64,000 bases of DNA. It comes from Camelus ferus (lineage: Eukaryota). Below, in pieces: positions 54,174 through 64,000 of the stretch (position 1 is the first letter of the stretch; each line of letters starts with the position of its first letter). The stretch is taken from NCBI RefSeq assembly GCF_009834535.1, contig NC_045707.1, positions 60,390,001 to 60,454,000 of the forward strand, given 5' to 3'. The position numbers and the translations under genes were made by a program. The notes beneath the pieces are model-generated. The model was not told where the DNA came from. It did not search any database and was given only the letters and a program-made list of their open reading frames with translations.

Positions 54174-54440
54174 GGGGTAGGGAGGGAAGAATAAATGAGG
54201 AGTTTGGGATTAACAAATACACACTACGATATATAAAATAGATAAACAACAAGGACCTTCTATACAGCACAGGGAACTGTACTCAGTATGTTTGTGATAA
54301 CCTATAATGGAAAAGAATCTGAAAAAGAATGTAGATATAACTGAATCACTTTTCTGTACACCTGAAACTAATACAACATTGTAAATCAACTATACTTCAA
54401 CTTAAAAATACTATATATTAAAAAAGAATAAAGCTACAGA
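54174..54440 (+). mobile_element. Short L1 3' UTR insertion with TSD
   Basis: GAGTTTGGGATTAACAAATACACACTAC…CAGCACAGGGAAC…TGTAAATCAACTATACTTCAA. TSD AAGTG(A/T)TA(T/C)ATTGCA at 54159-54173 and 54441-54455. Confidence 0.9.
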
Positions 54441-54489
54441 AAGTGTTACATTGCATAAATGGAACAGATTCATAGCAAATATATCCAAA

Positions 54490-54915
54490 TGTATTTATTC
54501 AAATAAAATGTTGTCTCCCTCAAAATAACCACATGCATCTTCTTTTTAAAAATAGACAACTCCCCTTTTCCCTGGTTCAAAACATTTTTAGATTTGCTTC
54601 ACATTTGGTTTGTCAACCAAAATGATGTTGCTCAGAATTGGCCCCCTCAAACAGTTTTGGTTCCTGTCCCAAAAATGCAATCTGTTGTTGAAGGCTGACA
54701 TTTCTCATCGGGGATTATTCAAAAGAAAGTACCGAAGGTCTTCAATCACAGGCAGTCACAAAAGGGTCTTCAAACTGCTTTAGCAATGGCCGGTTCGACG
54801 TTAATACTATATAGCTTTACCTACAGTTGTACAGGGAACTGCCTGGAAGGGCCTGAGAGAGTTCCGGTTTTGTTCTATTGTTAACCAGTCACATTACATC
54901 ATAGTGACACCTTGT
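54490..54915. mobile_element. MARNA-like mariner relic
   Basis: Ends CCAGTCACATTACATCATAGTGACACCTTGT, resembling the MARNA TIR. The interior is degenerate. Confidence 0.55.
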
Positions 54916-56964
54916 GCGTTTGTGTGTGTGGATGCTCAGCTGCACCTGAACGGACCTGTAGCTGCGGGCATGAGCTGTCAATCACGGCAGGCATTCTTTA
55001 GCATCTTTTAGACTGCTGCCTTTTTACCTGGAGCAACTGATGTAAATTTGACTCTCTAGACTCTGCTTTATTAGAGTGAAAAACTAGTTTTACCTACTGG
55101 TCATTATTCTTTATCTCAGTGGCCTGTTCTTATTTTCATCATACTTCCTTATCTCAAATGATTTTGTTACACTGTTGGTTGCTTTTTCTCCCTATTTAGA
55201 CTCTAAGTCCCATCTGAGTAGGGCCTTCTGGATCCTGTTCAACTCTGCAGCCCAAGGGCTGGAACATAACAGATGCTTAATAAGTATTTTTAGGAGGAGG
55301 AGGGTCCCAGGTCTAGGCTGAGGTTTTATTCACTTCTCTATGAAGGAGGTTGGCTGGTGGTTCATCTACACTGAGTCAGAAACAGGTGAGGGAGCCAAGG
55401 TCATTTAGCTGCACTTTCCTCCCCAATCCCCTCCACCCACACCCATCACCTCTGCCAGTTCCCACCCTCCTCACATCTGCATTCTTGGATAAATGTTCTC
55501 AGTCTTAAAGTATTGAGCAAATGCAGCTTCCGCCAACAATTCCAGCCACTGCTGTCCTTTTCTGCATAGAAATTATGGAGCTGCCAAGGAAACCCAAAGT
55601 TTTGAGTGTTTTATTTTGGGCGGGTGCTATGGTATCGCTCTGGCTCATACAGCAGCTGGCTGTCTCTGTGTATGTCTTTCTGTTTCTCCCTGTCTCTCTG
55701 TCTCCCTTCCCCTCTCCCTCTCTGTCTACCCTACCAAGATCAAGGCTCATACCTCACTCTGCTCCAGTCAGGGGTCATGGACAGGGATAACTGGCTCTCA
55801 TAATTGCTCAAGTCTGAAATGCAGGCATTAGACATTTTCTCCAAGTGAGCTTATACTTACAGTCACCTTTGGGGTGGGGGTCACGGTAAAAACGGTTTGC
55901 TAAATGTAAACAGTTAAAATCAATGTTATCCCTTTTGGGCATTTCTCCATTTTTAAAGATACTGGGAGTCCCAAGAAATGGAACTGGCTTGGACCTTCTC
56001 CATATCTGAAAGGTCCTGAATATGATGGAAAACTCTGGGGAGTTCTACCCTGAGGAGAGAGTCAAAACCTGTGGGTTGGGACCTAGTGCCTCCACCTGCC
56101 AGCTGTGCGACCTTGGCCAAGTCACAAGCCCTCGGTGTGAAAAGAAGGGCAAGTCCAGATATGCTTTCATCCCCACCAGCTAGCAAATTCTCTGATATTA
56201 AAAAATGAGAATTTTTACCACCACTTCCTTTTCACCTTTGTTTTGGCTGCTACGTTTACAACAGAAGGGGCTAAAATAAACTGACCTTTTTGAAAATGAC
56301 TTTTATTATATGGAATTAAGAGTTTACCATTAACAAACTTCAGGAAACTGAACAGAGGGTGGAGCTGAAAGCAAAGTATCAGTCGGTTTACTGAGAAATT
56401 GCATTTTTTGCACCTCAGTGGCTAAGCTAATTTAAAAAAAAAAAACTTCTTGACGCTTCTAGCCACTGGATCACAGGGGACTGACTCATCTCAACATGCT
56501 TCACAACTAGTCAGGTGGAGCCAGTTTGTATTATTACCTGTAATTAAAAACATCTAACTCAAAGGGAACAAAAACCAGAAGGGGGAGGGGAAATGGCAGA
56601 GAAAGTGAATTTGGTCTACACATGCTTCACAAATAATAAGCAACGGAGGAGAAAGGAATGTCTGTTTTGAGTTGGATAGCTAATGACTAGCATAAGGCAA
56701 GAGCCAAAAGTCTTTCTAAAAAAGGGAATTCTCAGATTCCTCCATTCTTATCAAAACCTCTTAAGTAGATAATGTCACTGGCTTCCTTCAAATAGATGAA
56801 CTCAGTTTTGCCGGGTTCCCATCCCTGTGCTCACTCTTACACACTTTTCCCCCAACATAGTGTTTAAAACTTGGGGGGCAGACATTAAAATAGAGAAAGA
56901 CACTTCAGAAGAAAAGACCTGATTTCTGGTTTCTCCAAAAATTACAAGATCTGGTGACAGTGGA

Positions 56965-57165
56965 CCCTCCTATGTTCTCCCCATTCTCTCTACCCCCTCT
57001 GCTTTCCTCCCTCCCTTCTCCCTGCCCCTTCTCTTCTCGCTTCTGGGGGGAGGGTGTTCTCTCCCCCCAGTTCTATCTCCCCACCTCATCCTCCCCCTAC
57101 TCCTTGTCCTCCCCTCTTCTCTCCTCTTCTCCTGGTTTCCTCTCCCTCCCTCCCAATCTCTCTTT
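56965..57165. repeat. Polypyrimidine (CT-rich) low-complexity tract
   Basis: About 200 bp of nearly all C/T on the plus strand, with a central G-run at 57045-57055. Confidence 0.85.
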
Positions 57166-57714
57166 AAAAAACCCCAGTCCACTGTATTTATTTATTTAGA
57201 TTTCCTGCCTGGCCCCTTTGGGACTCGAGTTTTCTCCCCCTGGTCACAAGGCGGGTAGGGTCTGTGTTTGCATTTCCTTTGTTTACACTACATTTTTAAA
57301 AGGTTTTCCTGCTCCTGAGTTTTTGTCTTAATGTCAGTATAATGTGACCAACTTAGTAGTAAAAGACCAGAAAGATCGACTTTATTTACATGCGTGTCAG
57401 TGATATAAACAGAGAAGGTCCAAAGAGTGAGGGTATTAGAACTGCGAATGGAAACAAATAGGTACAAATTAAGAAAAGTGAGGAAATTTCACCAGCAGAC
57501 TCAAAAACCCCAGAATCCATTAAAATGAATCTGTAGTTAAGAGAACCTGATCTCATTAAGCTTCCAACCTTAAGGGACTGACTTTATGGTGAACCCTGAT
57601 AATAAACTAGTCTTTAAAATATGTGTGCTTGAGTAATTGACTAGTATGTATTCTAAACCAGTTAAATGCTGGGACTGTAACTACCACCAGTGAAGTCCTT
57701 GGGTACAGGTCAGG

Positions 57715-57890
57715 AGCTCTGCAATTTATCACCTTGGAAGATTTTATTAAAAAAAAAAACAAAACTCATGTTTAAATCCACTCCAAGGGTTTAGGATTTA
57801 ATTTGTGTGCAGTGTGGCCTGCACATTGGGATTTTAAAAAATCTCGCCAGGTGCTTCTAAAATGTGACAACATTTTAGAAGGACTGCTGT
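57715..57890. mobile_element. MER5-like hAT-Charlie MITE
   Basis: ATTTAATTTGTGTGCAGTGTGGCCTGCACATTGGGATTTTAAAAAATCTCGCCAGGTGCTTCTAA…TTTAGAAGGACTG. Confidence 0.65.
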
Positions 57891-58661
57891 AGGCGGTAAT
57901 TAAATATTAGGACTATTGCCTCTAAACGCCGATCTTATTTCTTGAAAGAAAAGAAAATCCTCTGCCTATCCCCATAGCTGGAGGGAGAGGGCTGCAGGCA
58001 ACTCCTCCAAAAGGTGTGTCCTGCCATTTAACTAAGGATTTGAGAGAAGAGGAGGCCAGAGGGTAAATTGTTTTACCCCAAAGGAAAACGTTATCTGATC
58101 CATTAACGGAAATTCCACAGTATTATCGGAACTTCATTCCTGAACTGAGCCTTGATATCCCCATCTGTACAATGGAGACAATTAATTCCTCCCTTTGAAG
58201 GATGCTGTAAAGACTAAGTGAGATCATGTATATAAAGCAATGGTTGGTTCTGCATAAACTGTAACTTTTTTTTTTTTTCAATATTCAGTGACTTTAGTTG
58301 TTCATCAAAACCCTAGCCAATAACTCTAGCTAAGATTAATCTTTCCTCCCTGGCATTACAAAGCACTCCAATTTCAAGTGACCTGGTATTGTTCTGTACT
58401 TGTTCAACCAATGTGGTCTTACTGGATAGACAAGAATTATTTGAAAGAAAGGGAAATTAAAGAGATCATTTATCAGCAATGAAGGCCCACTTGTGGCTCA
58501 CACAGTTTAACACAACACATTGAAAGACTCTACCCTAAAACTGTCAGAAGAAACTGGCCATGAATTTTAAAGTGATACCCAGAAAAATCAATGAGGCAGG
58601 AGTTGAGGAAGGAGTGTGGAATCACATTTTCCTTTTCAAAGGGAGAATAACTCATCATTTA

Positions 58662-59844
58662 TGGATTACTTTTTCATTGCAGCTGTAACAAATTACCACA
58701 AACTTGGTGGCTTCCACACCGCAAATTCATTATCATACAGTCTGTATGTTATGAAAGGTAACAACATTCACCTCCCCCAAATACGACACTTTGGCGCACT
58801 GATCATTCTGAGCAGTAGGCACTGGGAAAACAGCAAATGCAGGGGAGGTTTCTCTCTTCCCCCCTTACCTACCTACAGACAGAATCTCCAAAACAAACTC
58901 GATTGTCATAAATCCCCTTCCCAGGAATTGCCTCAGCCAGAGAAGATTGACGTTTACTACCAGAGGAGACACGCAGTCGACATCAAACCCAGACCAACTT
59001 TGTCACAAACGATTATAGCTCCCATCTGTACTTCCAAGGGCATGCTCATCTTTCATAAGCATCATTTGCTCTCCTCTAAGAGGCTTACACCCCTCCTTCC
59101 CTGTTAATATGGTGTTTCATCCTGAATTCTAAACCTACCTTTTTGAGTTACTCGTTTTCCTGGGTTATCTCCGGTGCATACACGAGGTACACACGTTAAT
59201 AAACTTCTGTTTGTCTCTTGTTTGTCCCTCTTTTAATACAGGGCATTTCAGCCAAGAACTCAGAAAGGTAGAGGGAAAATTAATATTTCTTCCCCATAGT
59301 TAGAAACAGAACATGGATTCCGCTGGGCTAAAAGCAAGGGCTGGCAAGGTACATGGCTTTCTAGGAGCTCAAGAATCCTTTACCTGGCTTTTTCCAGCTC
59401 CTAGAGTCTGCTCTCCTTGACCCTCGCTCCCTTCAGGAAACTTCAAAGCTGACAACGTGAAGTAGAGCCCTTCTTCATGATGCCAGCTCTCTGGATCTCT
59501 TTCCTATATCACAGCTCCCTCTGACTCTGTCTCTTCTGCTTCTCTTTTCCACTGTGAGGAATGCTTGTGATTAAAATGGTCCCACCTGGATAATCCAGCA
59601 TTAGCTTCCTATCATAAGGTTAGCTGATTAGCAATTGATTCCATCTGCTCCCAAATTCCTCCTTTGCCATGTGACCTAACATAGTCACAAAGCAACAAAC
59701 TAGGGGGGAGAGAAATTCAACTAGACTGCCAGGTGGGTTGCAGTCAGTGATCATCCTCTCTCTCAGCTCAGTCAAAACTGACTTATCCCAGTTCCCAGGA
59801 TTAGGATGGGGACATCTTTGGGGGCCATCATTCTGCCTATTACA
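58662..59844 (-). mobile_element. MaLR LTR (MLT1D/E-like) split by an ERV1 LTR
   Basis: Starts TTGCAGCTGTAACAAATTACCACAAACTTGGTGGCTT and ends GGACATCTTTGGGGGCCATCATTCTGCCTATTACA. Confidence 0.85.
58752..59298 (+). mobile_element. ERV1 solo LTR (MER34/MER39-like) with 4-bp TSD
   Basis: TG start, AATAAA near 59198 and end …GAGGGAAAATTAATATTTCTTCCCCATA. TSD GTTA at 58748-58751 and 59299-59302. Confidence 0.85.
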
Positions 59845-61064
59845 TTTTGAACTCACCCTGAGAAGCTACTTAGGATCAAGAGTTTGTAAAGAAGTTTGTC
59901 TGGTACAAGACAGAAGACCGTGACAGTAACTGACAAGTGGCTCACTCACAAGGCCATCAGGCCCCTTCTCCTCCACGCCTGATCCATGGCAGGCATTGCT
60001 AATCAACCAGGAATAATCGTAACCTTATAATCCTTCTGCACACAGCATGCTAGGTAATCCACCAGTACATTAATCAGACTTGGCAAGCAAACTGAAATCT
60101 ATTTTCCATACTAACTCAGAACAGTTTTAGTAGAAAGAGACGTTCTCTCAGGGCCTTTTTTGGCATAAGATGCTGATCTGATGTTTTTAAATTGGCAGAC
60201 AAAAGGAGTCCCAGCTGGGCTAAATAAAGAGATCATAATAAGATAGTAAAATAAGTGGAATAATTTATTCAGTGCTTGACAGAAATCTGTGTTCCTACGA
60301 CAACTTGTAGAAAATCCATTCAGGAACTAAGAAAGTCTGCATTTATTACTGGCCCTGCCCACATAACTCAAAAGCCTTCTCTTGAGATTTATTATAACAA
60401 ATCTTTTTTTTCTAAGAGAATATTTTGCTTAGATAAATATTTGAATATATGTTTATATATAGTTATCTGAAAGCTTTTACTATTCTAAAATACAACACTC
60501 TGATCTTTTACAAGTAATCCATAATTATGGTAGTGAATTTAGGAAAAACAAAGAAGAAACAAAAGAGAAAAACCACATGTAATTCTATCTGTCAGAAGTA
60601 AATTTTGGTTCTCATTCTGCCAGATGTGTTTACATTCATTTATTCATTCAGCATATTTTTATTGAGTCTTTGTGCCAGGCACTATTCTAGGTTCTGAGGG
60701 GACAGAATGAAAAAGATTAAAAAAAAGATTTATACCATCAATGAACCCAGTTATGTAGCTAAAAAAAAAAAATTACACCAAAAATGATACTATATTTTTC
60801 ATATTGTTTTTAACTGGCTATTTCTATATGCTAGTTTGTTTTTTTTTTTAATATCCCTCTAATTTTGTCAGGTTTTTGTGGTTTCCCAACATTCTTGTTG
60901 CTCTGAGAGATAAGATGATCACTGATTGCTATACAATTGGTAGACCAGTCCGACTTGTCTTTCCATAGTTGAATACTATATGATCAGGAAGAAATCTTCC
61001 CCAAAAGAGAGAATGTTGTGAATTCTCATACCACAAAAGGAACTGGGAGAGCTTCATTCATCTT

Positions 61065-61585
61065 GTTCCAGTTATATATTGCTGCATGGTGTGTCCTCAT
61101 AAAAAAAAAACTTAGTGGCTTAAGACAACAATGTTCATTATATTATTATTAACTCTCACCATTCTGAAGATTTTCCTTGGCTCAGAGGGGCAATTCCCTG
61201 TTGGAGATTTTCCCTCATGTGGTCTGACAGTTCTTGGTACTGAAGTCACCTCTCAGGTTTCTTTATTCACATGGCCCATCATTATGGCTGTTGGCTGGGA
61301 TGTGCAGCCTGGAGCACCCACACAGCCTCTCTGTGTGGCCTTGGCTTCTTCAACCATGGTTGTTGGGTTTCAAGATCAAGTGTCCCAAAAGCACTTGGCA
61401 GAAGCTGTATTGCCTGTTATGACTTAGCCTCAGACATCACCTAGGGTGACAGCCCCTGTGGTCACAGGCCTATCGGATTCAAGGGGAGGAAACAGAGATA
61501 CCATTGCTTGACAGGATGGGTATCAACGTCACATTGTAAGCGGTGAGGTAGACTGTGGTGACCATTTGGATGCAGTCTGCCATCT
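61065..61585 (-). mobile_element. MaLR LTR (MLT1F/G/H-like)
   Basis: CAGTTATATATTGCTGC…AAAACTTAGTGGCTTAAGACAAC…GGCAGAAGCTGTATTGCCTGTTATGACTTAGCCTCAGA…GGATTCAAGGGGAGG. Confidence 0.8.
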
Positions 61586-64000
61586 GTCTTGGCCTCCTTC
61601 CACTGTTCCTCCATATGGTTAAAACCCAGGACAGCAGACTTTCAGGGCCCCTCTCAGCTTAAGAGAAAAAGTGCTATCACTATCAAGACTCTAAAAAAAA
61701 AATACATCTCAAAGATTCATTTTAGTAAAAAAGAACAAAGAATTGAATAACCAACGATCCTAATTTCCCCTCTATTTATCCCATGGATTCACATTTACAA
61801 GGATTAGTTGACAATAAAACGACTTGATCAGGTTGTTTTTCCTCTTTAATTTGCAAAATTCGCCTGAGAAAGTGACTCAGAGAGAAACAATCTTTCCCAT
61901 GTATGAAGCATAGGAAGAACCATGAGCTAATTTGGCATAAAAGACAATGAAAATTATAGTGTAAGTTAATGAGTGTTTAAATGTAATATTAAGGAGGCTG
62001 TTAAATGGGTTCCAGACGTCTGTGGGATCTCCACGCACGTCATTGGGAAGGCATAAACACATTAAATCACAACAGGTTACTCTTACCAAAAAATAAGATA
62101 AGAATTTAGACAAATGATTAATAAATATTTGTTTAAAAAATCAACATTTTATCCTTTTATTTCAATACTTCTTGAATACCTGTGATGTATCTGGTACAAA
62201 TAAATACTATGTACTCAAGGTCTACTAGCTATTTAGGAAATATATAAAGTAATACTAAAATGATTGATACTCTATCACTTTATAGCACAAAAAAATCCTA
62301 TTATAGTATATACCATTTTGAAGATGGATTTTATAGAGCAGATATACAAATATCATAGCAGAATATCCATAACTGTGTGACCATCTCAGTGAACACCTTT
62401 TGCTGTCATCCAGCAAGTGCTTCTTCAACTCTTTAAAAACAAGAGTTACTTTACAGGTCCTAATTATTTCCTGAGGAGAGGACAGTCAAGCTGGATGGGA
62501 ACTGAATGCCACACCTGTCTTTCATCCTGATGTCAGAGAAGCACCCACTTCTTCCCATGTGGTAGAAATTCTCCAATCCTCACTCTAGAAGCCAACATAA
62601 AGAAGGATTCCAAGTTCAATCCTTTCTCCTTGTTAATTCACCACAGAGTGAATGTTCATTGTTTCTTTCAGACCTGTTTCTAACCATGAGTTCATTAAAA
62701 CTAAAGTTCTTGCTTTAAAACCTTTTTCTATGCTCTAGAGCCCATTATAATGTGAGTTGACTCCCACCATCTCCAAGAATGTCGTGCATTCATTAGTTGA
62801 TAAAATCAACCCAAGAAATCTGAGATTCTTATGCATGACATGCTTGACTTTGTGAACTTGGTGGGTCACTTCACTTAATAAGGAGGAGAACAAAGGAGGA
62901 ATAGACAGGAGAAAACTATCATGAGCTAGCAAAGGGAAGTCCTGCTTTGTTCTCTATTTATTGTTTTTTGTTTCTGAGGCTTGGTTTAGTTTGGGCTGGC
63001 TCTGGCTGGGGAAGGGGGTGCTTTCGCCTGGTGTCAGGAAGGGGCTCACAGCACTGCCTGGACAAAAAAAATGCCCAGGCAAATCCCCCTTGTCCTCGAA
63101 TCACAGCCTCTTCTCCTCAACGTGAAGGATGGTGTAGGGAACTCACATCATCCAGGTCTTTTCCAGAAAACTTCGTTTTCTTTGTTGAATCATATACTTA
63201 AGCAGGGAGAGGAAATGACGAAAAAGTTTTCTTCCTTCCTGTTCTGAGACTCATGGCTTGTATGGGTCCCTGAGTGGGGACTACAGTCATCTGGTGGGCT
63301 TTCTAGGGTTTTCCGTGGATATTTATTTGTCTGCTGTTAGAATTTTAAATGATGTAGAAATAAGCTTATGTAGCTTGAATTTTTGCCTTAATTTTTGATA
63401 TTATGACTACCATAGTGTCACAGTTTTCCTCCAGATACTGCTGACATATAAACCACATGATAATGATGAAACACGACTTTTTTTTTAAGTTTTATACACA
63501 TGCTTAGGTCTTCTTAGGTCAAAGAAGCCTAACAGTCTAGCAAGACAAAAAAAATTTTTTTTCTGCCTTCTTTTGGATTGAGTAATTTTATGATTCCATT
63601 TTATTACCTTTGATGGCTTGTTAGGTTGCTTTAGACTGCTGTTATGAAATAGTGGAGAAGAAAGTGTAGCAGTTGTGATGGATTCATTCCCGGTTTTCCA
63701 AATCTGTCATAAAAATCAAGGTTTCACTTCACAGGCATTTCATATATATACCTGAGAAATCAATTTATAAAACCCAAGTGAATTGGCCTCTTCATGATTG
63801 GCCTTTCTCTGGTTTGACTTCATAAATCCTTTTCCTCTGTATTCGTTCATTCATTCTGCCAACATTCTCTTAGCACCTAATATATCCCAAGCCCTGTGCA
63901 GTAGGCTGGGAGCCCAAGAAGAGTGAAACAAACAAACAAACAACATCCTGGTCCTCAGGGAGTTTCAAATCTTGCAGGGAACCAGACAACAACTAGTCAG

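Noticed and set aside
58616..59107. Longest ORF in the window (163 aa)
   Set aside because: GTG start; it spans MLT1 and ERV1 LTR sequence with no recognisable domain.

Overview
This is AT-rich, repeat-dense mammalian DNA, intergenic or intronic. Three tRNA-derived SINEs of the camelid vic-1 type suggest a camel, alpaca or llama source. I found no intact protein-coding gene, RNA gene or CRISPR array. The only gene-derived sequence is a frameshifted processed pseudogene of NACA (51203-51990) with a perfect 16-bp target-site duplication (TSD), inserted in an old hAT-Tip100 (MER45-like) DNA transposon. The rest is L1 and L2 LINEs, MIRs, ERV1/ERVL/MaLR LTRs, Tigger, Charlie and mariner relics, microsatellites and a few repeat-free blocks that look like enhancers. 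The most unusual structure is at 48186-49580: an ERV1 RNA (env tail, PPT, U3-R, poly(A), no U5) apparently copied by L1 machinery. Its LTR is MER41-like with clustered STAT/GAS motifs, and it carries a second nested polyadenylated retrocopy of a MaLR-terminated transcript. I cannot support a wholly new biological system. The findings are mechanistic and regulatory leads. Repeat family names come from recalled consensus sequences, not a database search, and boundaries of old repeats are approximate.
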